From Alphaproteobacteria bacterium (lineage in GTDB: Bacteria > Pseudomonadota > Alphaproteobacteria > Bin65): a DNA stretch of 64,000 nucleotides. The notes below the pieces were generated by a model. It did no database searches. It worked only from the letters and a program-made list of their open reading frames with translations, and was not told the origin of the DNA. Shown here in pieces: positions 48,238 to 57,540 of this stretch. Position 1 is the stretch's first letter; every line of letters begins with the position of its first letter. The position numbers and the translations under genes were made by a program. Location of the stretch: positions 627,268-691,267 of the forward strand of contig OY762427.1 in the NCBI GenBank assembly GCA_963665695.1. Reading direction: 5' to 3'.

Positions 48238-48600
48238 GCCGACGCCGCAGGCTCCGGCGCCTGGCCGGCCTCCGTCGCCAGCCGGATTTCTCCGCTCGCT
48301 TCGCTTCGGTCGAAATGACGGGAAGGGGCTTGCGCTTCGCCCGAATCGGCGGCGCGCGGACGGCGCTCCGCACTCCCGTCATTTCGACCGGAGCCCCAGC
48401 CCGCCGGGCCGGGGCGGAGCGGAGAAACCCGGAGGGCGCTCCGTCGACGCCGCAGCCTCCGGCGTCCGCCCGGCGCCCGTCGCCGGCCGGATTTCTCCAC
48501 TCGCTTCGCTTCGGTCGAAATGACGGGAAGGGGGAGTGCTTCGGTCGAAATGACGGCGAGAGGGAGTGCTCCGGTCGGAATGACGGCGAGGGATTTCGCA
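48229..48600. repeat. ~100-bp direct repeat (two copies, ~88% identical) plus four or more copies and one inverted copy of a TCGGTCGAAATGACGG REP-like motif
   Basis: The 100-bp copies are at ~48229-48322 and ~48427-48532. Short-motif copies are at 48298, 48507, 48540 and 48562 (degenerate), with an inverted copy CCCGTCATTTCGACCGG at 48365. Confidence 0.65.
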
Positions 48601-48978
48601 GAGGGATCCTTGGGCAAGGATCAGCCGCCGGCCCGGGCGCGGCGGGCGCGGGGAACAGGGACCGGGACCGGACGGGAAAGGCGCCTGCGGGGTGCTCCCG
48701 GACGCGCTTCGAGCGCATTCCGGGCGTTGACGGGAACCGATATAGGGAACGAAAGGCGGTATTTCAAGGAAAAAAGTGAGGTAATAGGGATTTTTTGGAT
48801 TCGACCCGATATCCCGGATTTCCGCCCCAGGCGCCTGCCGCCCTCCTCTGCATTGCACGGCGGGAGGCGGTACACTGCGGCGGCTCCCGGCCGGGGCGGC
48901 GCGACATTGCCGCGCCTGCCTTGCGCCCCGGTCCGGGCCTATTTCGCGCCGCAACCCGCCGGCGCCGCCGGCCCGCGC

Positions 48979-49045
48979 GCCCGAACCGCAGACCCCGAAC
49001 CGTAGACCCCGAACCGTAGACCCCGAACCGTAGACCCCGACCGTG
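48979..49045 (+). repeat. 14-bp tandem repeat (GACCCCGAACCGTA, ~4.7 copies) abutting the ettA start
   Basis: Seen directly. The last, degenerate unit contains the GTG at 49043 and the in-frame TAG at 49031. Confidence 0.7.
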
Positions 49046-50722
49046 GACCCGAAGAAATACATCTATGTCATGAAGGGCCTGTCGAAGACCTGGCCCGGCG
49101 GCCGGCAGGTCCTGAAGGACATATGGCTGTCCTTCCTCCCCGGCGCCAAGATCGGCGTGCTCGGCCTGAACGGCGCCGGGAAATCCTCCCTGCTCAGGAT
49201 CATGGCCGGGCTGGACGACGGCATTTCCGGCGAGGCCTGGGCCGCGGACGGCGTCAGGGTCGGCTATCTGGCCCAGGAGCCGGAACTCGATGAGGCGCTG
49301 ACGGTCGGCGAGAATGTCAGGGCGGGCGCCGGCCCGCTGGCGGCGCTGGTCGAGCGGTTCAACGAGGTCTCCCTGCGCTTCGGCGAGGAGCTGACCGACG
49401 CGGAGACGGACGCCCTGATCGAGGAGCAGGCCGCGCTTCAGGAACGGATCGACGCCGCCGACGCCTGGAACCTCGACCGGCGCATCGGGATCGCGATGGA
49501 CGCGCTGCGCTGCCCGCCGGCGGACGGCGGCGTCGCCACCCTCTCCGGCGGCGAGCGGCGGCGCGTCGCGCTCGCGCGGCTGCTGCTTTCGGGGCCGGAC
49601 ATGCTGCTGCTCGACGAGCCGACCAACCATCTCGACGCCGAATCGGTCGCCTGGCTCGAGCGCTTCCTGGCGGAATTTCCCGGCGCCGTCGTCGCGGTGA
49701 CCCACGACCGCTATTTCCTCGACAACGTCGCCGGCTGGATCCTCGAACTGGACCGCGGGCAGGGCATTCCCTGGCAGGGCAACTACTCGTCGTGGCTGGA
49801 GCAGAAACAGAAGCGGCTGGAGCAGGAGGGCAAGGCCGAAGCAGCGCGCCGGCGCACCCTGGGCCGGGAGCTGGAATGGATCCGCCAGGCGCCGCGGGCG
49901 CGCCAGTCCAAGAGCAAGGCGCGGATCGGCGCCTACGAGGCGCTGCTCGCCGAAGCCGGCGACCGGGCGCCGGAGCAGATGCAGATCTGGGTGCCGCCGG
50001 GGCCGCGCCTGGGCGACATGGCGGTCGAGGCCAGCGGCGTGCGCAAGGCGTTCGGCGACCGGCTGCTTATGGACGACCTGAACTTCCTCATGCCGCCGGG
50101 CAGCATCGTCGGCATCGTGGGGCCGAACGGCGCCGGCAAGACGACCCTGTTCCGCATGATCGCCGGGCAGGAGGCGCCGGACGCCGGCACGCTCACGGTC
50201 GGCGAGACGGTGCAGCTCGGCTATGTCGACCAGTCCCGCGGCGCGCTCGACGATTCGAAGACGGTGTGGGAGGAGATTTCGGGCGGCCTGGACATGCTGC
50301 AACTGGGCAAGCGGGAGCTCCCCAGCCGCGCCTATGTCTCCAATTTCAACTTCAAGGGCGGCGACCAGCAGAAGAAGGTCGGCATGCTCTCCGGCGGCGA
50401 GCGCAACCGGGTGCATCTCGCCAAGGTGCTGAAATCCGGCGCCAACCTGCTGCTGCTCGACGAGCCGACCAACGATCTGGACGTCGATACCATGCGCGCG
50501 CTGGAGGAAGCGCTGCTCGCCTTCGCCGGATCGGTCATGGCGATCAGTCACGACCGCTGGTTCCTCGACCGCATCTGCACCCACATCCTCGCCTTCGAGG
50601 GCGACAGCCGGGCGGTCTGGAACGAAGGCAACTGGCAGGACTACGAGGAAGACCGCCGGAAACGGATGGGCGAGGCGGCCGAACGGCCGCACCGCATCGA
50701 ATACCGCCGGCTGGAGGCGTGA
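49043..50722 (+). CDS. ettA: Energy-dependent translational throttle protein EttA (ABC-F ATPase)
   Basis: Two ABC cassettes and an EttA-like N-terminus (KYIYVMKGLSKTWPGGRQVLKDIWLSFLPGAKIGVLGLNGAGKSSLLRIMAG). GTG start at 49043; the alternative ATG is at 49070. Confidence 0.85.
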   Translation: MDPKKYIYVMKGLSKTWPGGRQVLKDIWLSFLPGAKIGVLGLNGAGKSSLLRIMAGLDDGISGEAWAADGVRVGYLAQEPELDEALTVGENVRAGAGPLAALVERFNEVSLRFGEELTDAETDALIEEQAALQERIDAADAWNLDRRIGIAMDALRCPPADGGVATLSGGERRRVALARLLLSGPDMLLLDEPTNHLDAESVAWLERFLAEFPGAVVAVTHDRYFLDNVAGWILELDRGQGIPWQGNYSSWLEQKQKRLEQEGKAEAARRRTLGRELEWIRQAPRARQSKSKARIGAYEALLAEAGDRAPEQMQIWVPPGPRLGDMAVEASGVRKAFGDRLLMDDLNFLMPPGSIVGIVGPNGAGKTTLFRMIAGQEAPDAGTLTVGETVQLGYVDQSRGALDDSKTVWEEISGGLDMLQLGKRELPSRAYVSNFNFKGGDQQKKVGMLSGGERNRVHLAKVLKSGANLLLLDEPTNDLDVDTMRALEEALLAFAGSVMAISHDRWFLDRICTHILAFEGDSRAVWNEGNWQDYEEDRRKRMGEAAERPHRIEYRRLEA

Positions 50723-50892
50723 GGGCGGAATTCCCGCCGCAGCCGCGCCCGACGCCGCACCGGGGCGTATGGACAGGCCCGGGGGGAGGCGTCATATTTC
50801 TGCCGGCTTTGGGCCGATCCTGACTCTCCCCCATAAGGCCGTTCGGGCGTCGGTGACGGCAACGGCGAATTTCCGGCCAGGAAAGGCGTTTC

Positions 50893-51867
50893 ATGGGATT
50901 TGCGCTTTCGCACATCCGGGCGGCGGCGGCTGCCCCTTTGCTTATTGCCGGGGTCCTGGCGGCCGGAACGGCGTCCGAGGCCCTGGCCTGTGCCCGGGTT
51001 TCCGATACGATACTGGTCACCGGCAAACCGGCAACCGGGACCGGAGGCGTTTCCGGTCACGACCTCAGTCCGCCGCTGGACGATTTCGAGGCCTTCGCCG
51101 CCTTCATGCAGAAGGCCCGGGGCGACAAACCGGACTTTCTGCGCGCGAAATGGGAACGCTACCTGGCGATGATCGAGAATTTCGACCTGTCGCGGGACAA
51201 GGAAAAACGCGCCTTCCTGGCGACGCCCCGCGAGGAATTTTCCCGCGCCCGGGACGCCGGCCGGAGCTATGCCCATTCCTTCCTCGATATCGGCTGCGGC
51301 GTGACGATATCCGGCCCGCATATCGTCGGCCGCATGACCTCGGAACTGGATGTCAGGCCGGCGGACAAGGTGCTCGAGATCGGCACCGGCTCCGGCTATC
51401 AGGCGGCATTGCTGAGCTATCTCACGCCGCACGTCTATTCCGTGGAGATCATCCCGCCGCTTTCGGAGACGACGGACAGGATTCTCACCAGGCTGACCGC
51501 GGCCAAATATGCCGAATACGGCCGGATCCGGCGCAAGACCGCCGACGGCTACTTCGGATGGCCCGAGCATGCGCCCTTTGCCAAGATCATCGTGACCGCC
51601 GGGATCGACCATATCCCGCCGCCGCTGCTGAAACAGCTTGCCGAAGGCGGCACCATGGTCATTCCGGTCGGGCCGCCGGGCGCCCAGTCCCTGCTCAAGC
51701 TGACCAAGACCAGGAGCGAAACCGGCCGCGTCCGCATCGAGCGGCACGACATCTACGCCGCACAATGCAGCCGGGCGGAAAAGCAGCGCTGCAAGCGCAA
51801 GGTGAACTTCGTGGCGCTCACCAAGTACCGGGGCGGCAAGACCGTCTCGCGCTGGGGCGGGAACTAG
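50893..51867 (+). CDS. pcm: Protein-L-isoaspartate O-methyltransferase family protein with signal peptide and N-terminal extension
   Basis: SAM-binding LEIGTGSGYQAALLS, plus pre- and post-motif PIMT blocks (HSFLDIGCGVTISGPHIVGRM; EGGTMVIPVG). About 100 extra N-terminal residues, including a hydrophobic leader. Confidence 0.7.
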   Translation: MGFALSHIRAAAAAPLLIAGVLAAGTASEALACARVSDTILVTGKPATGTGGVSGHDLSPPLDDFEAFAAFMQKARGDKPDFLRAKWERYLAMIENFDLSRDKEKRAFLATPREEFSRARDAGRSYAHSFLDIGCGVTISGPHIVGRMTSELDVRPADKVLEIGTGSGYQAALLSYLTPHVYSVEIIPPLSETTDRILTRLTAAKYAEYGRIRRKTADGYFGWPEHAPFAKIIVTAGIDHIPPPLLKQLAEGGTMVIPVGPPGAQSLLKLTKTRSETGRVRIERHDIYAAQCSRAEKQRCKRKVNFVALTKYRGGKTVSRWGGN

Positions 51868-51963
51868 CCCGGATTTCCCACAGCGCCGCGCCGCACCGGC
51901 CCCGCGCGCAGGATATCGTTGCGAAACGGCCCGGACGCGCCCGCGGCCCTTCCGGCATCGCCG

Positions 51964-53049
51964 CTATGTTTGCATCAGGTCCGACAGACGCGCTCGCTTT
52001 GCATCGGCGCCCATGTGCAATAGCATGATGCGATCCGGTTCCGACATGAACCAGGCGAACGAACGCCATGCCAGTTCGCTTACGGAAGCCTTGAAGGCCG
52101 AATCGTCCCGATCCGCATAAGCTGTCAGGAACGCGACCTGCCCTTCGCTGAAGCCCGCTTCTGTTGCGATGGCCATCAGCGCTGCCTGCCGTCCTTCAGT
52201 GACCGGTCCTGCCGTTGCGACGACCTCGACGAACACGAGGAGCGGCTCGACCGGTTCAAGGTCAACCAGAATCGGATCAGGCAGATTCCTGTCTGGCTCG
52301 ATTGCGAGGCCGATGTCCTGTGCCAGGCTGTCGTCCCGCGCCACCACCCGATTTCGGCTCTCGCTCAGCCAGATAACCCCCGGTTGCCCCAGGAACCGCG
52401 CCGCAAACTCTTCAACGACCGCCTTAGAGATCGTGGAACTCGGACCGGGTTCCATGTGCCGTGTCTCCCCATTAGGAAACGTAACGAGAACTTTCGCCTC
52501 GCGGGCGACCGCTCCCCGGCGCATGATCGCAACTCGGGCCAATGCGCCCTTGGACAGGTTCGCTGCCCGCCATTCCTCCGTCAGTGTATTCAACGCATCT
52601 TCCGTCAGCGAAGGATCGAACAGAGCTGCAAAATCCGGCGCTAACGAATAACGCGGGAGTGGCGATGTCGTCGGCAGCCCTTCCCTTTCCTTCACCGCGC
52701 CGATTCGCACCAACCCTTCGCGCAGGGTTTCGTCACGGATCGGCTCGCGCGTGTTCGCGGCGTACCACCTCCCTTCGATGTCGCTCGCTGCCGGGCGCAT
52801 AGACACCTGCAACCATCGTTTCCGTTCGGGGCCGTCTGCCAGTGCCGCCTGGGCATCGGACATTCGCGTCACCTGATCGGGGCGTAGCCAGCAATCCTCG
52901 CCATCTACTGCTCCGATATAAAGCATGACAAAAACCGTTTTGGCCGCGATCTCCCGGGTCACATAGTTTCGGTTCGCCGTTCCCTCGGGAAAGATCGTCT
53001 GCAGGCGTTCGTGGATACCGGCGACCGGCAGTAGCGGCGGCAATGGCAT
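51964..53049 (-). CDS. Type II restriction endonuclease, BsuBI/PstI family
   Basis: The C-terminal domain is characteristic of BsuBI/PstI REases (GVIWLSESRNRVV...LVDLEPVEPLLVFVEVVATAG...). It lies immediately 3' of the MTase, with start and stop codons overlapping. Local GC is lower than the flanks. Confidence 0.7.
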   Translation of the reverse strand: MPLPPLLPVAGIHERLQTIFPEGTANRNYVTREIAAKTVFVMLYIGAVDGEDCWLRPDQVTRMSDAQAALADGPERKRWLQVSMRPAASDIEGRWYAANTREPIRDETLREGLVRIGAVKEREGLPTTSPLPRYSLAPDFAALFDPSLTEDALNTLTEEWRAANLSKGALARVAIMRRGAVAREAKVLVTFPNGETRHMEPGPSSTISKAVVEEFAARFLGQPGVIWLSESRNRVVARDDSLAQDIGLAIEPDRNLPDPILVDLEPVEPLLVFVEVVATAGPVTEGRQAALMAIATEAGFSEGQVAFLTAYADRDDSAFKASVSELAWRSFAWFMSEPDRIMLLHMGADAKRARLSDLMQT

Positions 53050-54857
53050 CAGCCGGCGCCGCGGCTGTACAGGCGTTCTACCGCGCGCTCCAGCGTCGCG
53101 CGGTTCGCTCGCTCGTTCACCAGCCGCTCGATCTCCCCCACATCCTCCGGCAGCGGAAGAGGCAAGGCTTCCAGTTCATAGGCCGAAACGGCCACACTTC
53201 CATTGATGCACCGGAAAACCTGATCGACGACATCGCTGTTGAAAAGGACGGCCAGGGCTGCCAGCGCCACCTTCGGGGCGCCATTGAGCGGTTTGATCAT
53301 GTTCAGGTGATTCTCGATTACCACCGCACCGTGTTTCGCCAGGAACGATACCGGTAGTTCCGCCGCTATCAGCCGCCTGCACTGCTCTTTCGCCGTCGTT
53401 CTTTGCAGCAGTACGCACGGAAACTCCGTCACCACCCACATTTCCTTGGCTTTGGGCTCAAAATACGGCTTGTGGTTTCGTTTCTCCGCCCGGAACGAAA
53501 ACACCCCGTCCGGCCGCACGGATTCTGCCCAGATCAGCGGATAGCGTCCCGTGCCGGGGCCGGACCGCAAGCTCGTTTTGTGGCGGTTCCACACCAGCGG
53601 CCCCGTGCTGACAGTGTAGCCGTAGCCGGCAAGCCTACAGGGCATTTCGTCGACCTGCCTCAGCAACGCGCTCTGCGCTTCCGTTCTCGGCATCAGCCAG
53701 GGCCGACCCGGGTCTTCGGGCAGGTTGAACGGACCTGCAGCCCTTGTCGCGACAGAGCCGTCCCGTGCCGGCGAGATGAAATAGACCTTCCCGGTGCGCG
53801 AAGTCGCGTCCCGCTTGTAGGTCGCCAACAGCGTTTCCTGCAGCACGTCCGCGAAGACCCCCTTCCGCTCCGCGACAAAGCCGATGCTCACCGGGGGCGC
53901 CTCCCGGCCCAGCAAACCGCGGAGCGCCTTGAAATATTCTCCAGCCAGGAAGCTCGTAGGGGTGACATAGGCGACGACTCCGCCCGGCCGCGCGAACCGA
54001 AGAGCCAGGTCGGTAAACACGCCGTACAGGTTTGCGTGGCCGAACAGGCTGCGCCGGAATTTTTCGCGCAATTCCGGCGAGAGCCCGATACGTCCGTAAG
54101 GAGGATTGCCGACGACGAGATCGAATCCTTCGTTCCCGACCGCCTGTTCGAGGCTGTCGCAGACACGCACCACCGAATCCGGGCGCGTCCCCGCTTCATG
54201 GCACAAGTCGGCGAGCGCCGCTTCGAGGAACACCTGCGATAGCCAGGCAGCGAACGGATCCAGTTCGAATCCCAGTAACCGCTGCTCGATGTTCTTCAGC
54301 GCAATCCTGGGCTCGCAGTCCCTCAAACTCCTCGCCATGCGCCGGGCCACCGGCGACAGGAAAGCGCCGCCTCCGCACGCCGGATCCAGAATCCGCGCCG
54401 TTCGCCAATCCACCCCTGCTTCCGCCGCCATGTCCAACAGGACTTCGCAGAGTGCCGGCGGCGTATAATAGGCGCCGTTTCGAGATCGAAAGCCGCCCGG
54501 CATCGTCGCGGTGTACAGCACCCCGATCGCGTAGCCGGCGTCCATCGCATCCAGCTTCGCAGCAGCGGCCCCGATGTTCTCGGCCAGCACTCCGGCCTCC
54601 TCCGGCAGCGAAGAAAGGCCGATATCCAAGGGCGGTCTGCGCAGCGGCCGAATACGGCCCGACGCCCTCTGCAACTGTTGCCAATATCCGGAGACCGCCC
54701 CAAAGACCACTCGCCGCGCAAAGCCCATACGATGTTGCTGCTCGACTGACGACGCCAATGCGCGGGCGCGCAAAGACCCCTCTTCGATCCCCGCCAGCGC
54801 CGACTTTAGCGGCGCCGCGTTTCGGACTTCCAATATGTTCGATATTCTCGTCGCCAC
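53049..54857 (-). CDS. N6-adenine DNA methyltransferase (gamma class, NPPY), partner of the BsuBI/PstI-type REase
   Basis: SAM motif I (ILDPACGGGAFL), catalytic motif IV (VVGNPPYGRIG) and a C-terminal TRD-like region. 602 aa. Confidence 0.8.
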   Translation of the reverse strand: MATRISNILEVRNAAPLKSALAGIEEGSLRARALASSVEQQHRMGFARRVVFGAVSGYWQQLQRASGRIRPLRRPPLDIGLSSLPEEAGVLAENIGAAAAKLDAMDAGYAIGVLYTATMPGGFRSRNGAYYTPPALCEVLLDMAAEAGVDWRTARILDPACGGGAFLSPVARRMARSLRDCEPRIALKNIEQRLLGFELDPFAAWLSQVFLEAALADLCHEAGTRPDSVVRVCDSLEQAVGNEGFDLVVGNPPYGRIGLSPELREKFRRSLFGHANLYGVFTDLALRFARPGGVVAYVTPTSFLAGEYFKALRGLLGREAPPVSIGFVAERKGVFADVLQETLLATYKRDATSRTGKVYFISPARDGSVATRAAGPFNLPEDPGRPWLMPRTEAQSALLRQVDEMPCRLAGYGYTVSTGPLVWNRHKTSLRSGPGTGRYPLIWAESVRPDGVFSFRAEKRNHKPYFEPKAKEMWVVTEFPCVLLQRTTAKEQCRRLIAAELPVSFLAKHGAVVIENHLNMIKPLNGAPKVALAALAVLFNSDVVDQVFRCINGSVAVSAYELEALPLPLPEDVGEIERLVNERANRATLERAVERLYSRGAG

Positions 54858-54900
54858 ACCGCCTCCCCAGCCGGCATCGGAAGTTCGTTCGCTTTGCCCC

Positions 54901-57303
54901 TTACCCGCACTTGCTGTAGGTGCAGCCGGTGCAGATATCGCAGCCTTCCTGGCGGATCAGGGCGCGCTGGCCGCATTTCGGACAGCCGCGCATGGCCGGG
55001 CCGGCGCTTCCCGACCCCGGCCCGCCGCCCGTTACGGCGACCGCCTGCGCGCCCGCACCCGCGCCACCGGCCGCAACGGCCTCCGTGCCGCCGACGACCT
55101 TCAGCTCGCGCCGGCCTTCCCGCGCCTCTTTCGGATCGGGCAGGAAGCCGATGTCGATCATGTGCTGCTCGATGACGTCGCCGATCGCGGCGAGCAGGCT
55201 GGGGACGTAGCGCGGGCCGACCCACTGGCCGCCGCGCGGATCGAACACCGCCTTCAGCTCCTCGACCACGAAGGACACGTCGCCGCCGCGCCGGAACACG
55301 GCGCTGATCATGCGGGTCAGGCCGACCGTCCAGGCATAATGCTCGGTATTCTTCGAGTTGATGAAAATCTCGAAGGGCCGGCGGCGGCCGTCCTGGATAA
55401 TGTCGTTGAGCGTGATGTAGATGGCGTGGTCGCTCTCCGGCCAGCGGATCTTGTAGGTCCGGCCGGGCAGCGCTTCCGGCCGGTCGAGCGGCCTGGTCAT
55501 GTAGACGACTCCGCCGGCGTCCAGATCGTCCGCCGGCTTCGCCGCAGCCGGTTTCTGCGGCGGCGCGAGCGGCAGTTCCCGCTGCGCCGCGTCGGCCGGT
55601 TTCGCGTCCCGACCGGCGGTCAGCACCGCACCGGTGACGTCGTTCGGCCGGTAGGTCGTACAGCCCTTGCAGCCCATGTCGAAGGCCAGCGCGTAGACAT
55701 CCCGGAAGGCATCGAAGCCGATGTCCTCCGGGCAGTTGATCGTTTTGGAGATCGAGCTGTCGACATGTTTCTGGACCGCCGCCTGCATCGCGACATGGTC
55801 GCGCGGGCTCAGGTCGCCGGCGTCGACGAACCAGTCCGGCAGCGGCGCATCCGCGCCCTTCAGCCGGCGGTAGAGCCGCCAGGCGTAGTCGGCGACCTCC
55901 TCCTCGCGCCGGGCGCCGTCCGGCATCAGCACGTTGCGGGTGTAGGACCAGGTGAAGACCGGCTCGATGCCGGACGACACGTTATCGGCGAGCAGCGAGA
56001 TCGTGCCGGTCGGCGCGATCGAGGTCAGCAGGGCGTTGCGCAAGCCCTTTTCGCGGATCGCGTCGCGCACTTCCCCGTCCGCTTCGGCCATGGCCGGGGT
56101 TGCGAGATATTTCTCCGGGTCGAACAGCGGGAAGGCGCCTTTCTCGGCAGCCAGACCGGCCGAGGCCAGATACGCCGCCTTCTGCACCGCCGCGAGCCAT
56201 TCTCCGGCCAGCCGCACGGCCTCCGCGCCGCCGTAGCGCGCCCGGCACATGATGAGCGCGTCGGCCAGCCCCGTCACGCCGAGCCCGATGCGCCGCTTGG
56301 CCAGCGCCTCCGCCCGCTGCGCTTCCAGCGGGAAGTTCGAGAGGTCGGTAACGTTGTCCATCATGCGCACGGCGACGGCGGTGAGCGCGCGCAATTCTTC
56401 GAGGTCCAGCGCGGCGCCCGGCTCGAACGGCTCCCGGACCAGCCGCGCCAGGTTGATCGAGCCGAGCAGGCAGGCGCCGTAGGGCGGCAACGGCTGTTCG
56501 CCGCATGGATTGGTGCTGGCTATTTTTTCGCAATAATTCAATGGGTTAAGCCGGTTGATCCGGTCGATGAAGATGACGCCCGGCTCGGCGAACGCGTAGG
56601 TCGAGCGCATGATGGCATCCCACAGCGCCCGCGCCTGCACGGTGCGGCAGACCGCGCCGCCGAAGACGAGATCCCACGGATCGTCCCGCCGGACGGCCTC
56701 CATGAAGGCGTCGGTCACCAGCACCGACAGGTTGAACATGCGCAGCCGGCCGGGCTCGCGCTTGGCCTCGATGAAGGCCTCGATATCCGGATGGTCGCAG
56801 CGCAGCGTCGCCATCATGGCGCCGCGGCGGTGGCCGGCGCTCATGATCGTCCGGCACATCGAATCCCAGACATCCATGAAGGAGAGCGGCCCGGAAGCAT
56901 CGGCGCCGACGCCGCGGACCGGCGCGCCGCGCGGCCTGAGCGTCGAGAAGTCGTAGCCGATGCCGCCGCCCTGCTGCATGGTGAGCGCGGCTTCCCGGAG
57001 CTGGCGGAAGATGCCGCTCATGTCGTCCGGGATCTCGCCCATGACGAAGCAGTTGAACAGGGTGACGTTGCGGTCCGCGCCGGCGCCGGCGAGGATGCGC
57101 CCGGCCGGCAGGAAGCGGAAATCGCGCATGGCGTCGAAGAACCGGCCTTCCCACGCCGCCGGTTCGCGCTCGACCGCCGCCAGCGCCTTCGCCACCCGCC
57201 GCCAGGTATCGTCGATCGTCCGGTCGACCGGCGCGCCGTCCGGCCCCTTGAGCCGGTACTTCATGTCCCAGATCCGCTGGGAGATGGCGGCGATGTTGGT
57301 CAT
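54901..57303 (-). CDS. nrdJ: Ribonucleoside-diphosphate reductase, class II (adenosylcobalamin-dependent)
   Basis: 800 aa. Active-site block NPCGEQPLPPYGACLLGSINL and a C-terminal Cys cluster (CPKCGQ...CDICTGC). Confidence 0.9.
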   Translation of the reverse strand: MTNIAAISQRIWDMKYRLKGPDGAPVDRTIDDTWRRVAKALAAVEREPAAWEGRFFDAMRDFRFLPAGRILAGAGADRNVTLFNCFVMGEIPDDMSGIFRQLREAALTMQQGGGIGYDFSTLRPRGAPVRGVGADASGPLSFMDVWDSMCRTIMSAGHRRGAMMATLRCDHPDIEAFIEAKREPGRLRMFNLSVLVTDAFMEAVRRDDPWDLVFGGAVCRTVQARALWDAIMRSTYAFAEPGVIFIDRINRLNPLNYCEKIASTNPCGEQPLPPYGACLLGSINLARLVREPFEPGAALDLEELRALTAVAVRMMDNVTDLSNFPLEAQRAEALAKRRIGLGVTGLADALIMCRARYGGAEAVRLAGEWLAAVQKAAYLASAGLAAEKGAFPLFDPEKYLATPAMAEADGEVRDAIREKGLRNALLTSIAPTGTISLLADNVSSGIEPVFTWSYTRNVLMPDGARREEEVADYAWRLYRRLKGADAPLPDWFVDAGDLSPRDHVAMQAAVQKHVDSSISKTINCPEDIGFDAFRDVYALAFDMGCKGCTTYRPNDVTGAVLTAGRDAKPADAAQRELPLAPPQKPAAAKPADDLDAGGVVYMTRPLDRPEALPGRTYKIRWPESDHAIYITLNDIIQDGRRRPFEIFINSKNTEHYAWTVGLTRMISAVFRRGGDVSFVVEELKAVFDPRGGQWVGPRYVPSLLAAIGDVIEQHMIDIGFLPDPKEAREGRRELKVVGGTEAVAAGGAGAGAQAVAVTGGGPGSGSAGPAMRGCPKCGQRALIRQEGCDICTGCTYSKCG

Positions 57304-57540
57304 GAACGGTCTGCTACTGCGAAAGCGCCCGCTGAACCTCGCAGGCTACAACAGTTGCGTTCGGGCGAACACACGGGAATGTTCTTTTTTCGTTTCCACA
57401 ATATAAGCCACATTTCCCTGCCCGCCAACCCGCTGAATCGAAGGAACTTTGCGGGCTTATCCCCGGACTTTGCCGGGTGCGGATCGTTGCAGCACGCCGC
57501 CGACGCGACGAAATCTCGCCGGCCGCCCGACGGAACTTTC

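Noticed and set aside
48781-48830. tmRNA-like 10-mer TGGATTCGAC
   Set aside because: No T-arm or CCA acceptor partner nearby and no tag-peptide reading frame downstream, so it is not an ssrA gene.
47864-49062. Several 150-350-aa ORFs on both strands in the hyuB-ettA gap (e.g. 48171..48779, 47678..48718, 48379..49062)
   Set aside because: Their translations are dominated by the DNA repeats (SLRFGRNDGKG... reiterated) and Arg/Pro/Gly low complexity. There are no start signals, so they are treated as non-coding repeat DNA.
57304-57480. Cobalamin riboswitch upstream of nrdJ
   Set aside because: B12 riboswitches are expected on B12-independent RNR or transport genes, not nrdJ, and no B12-box (e.g. 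GCCACTG-like core) is evident here.
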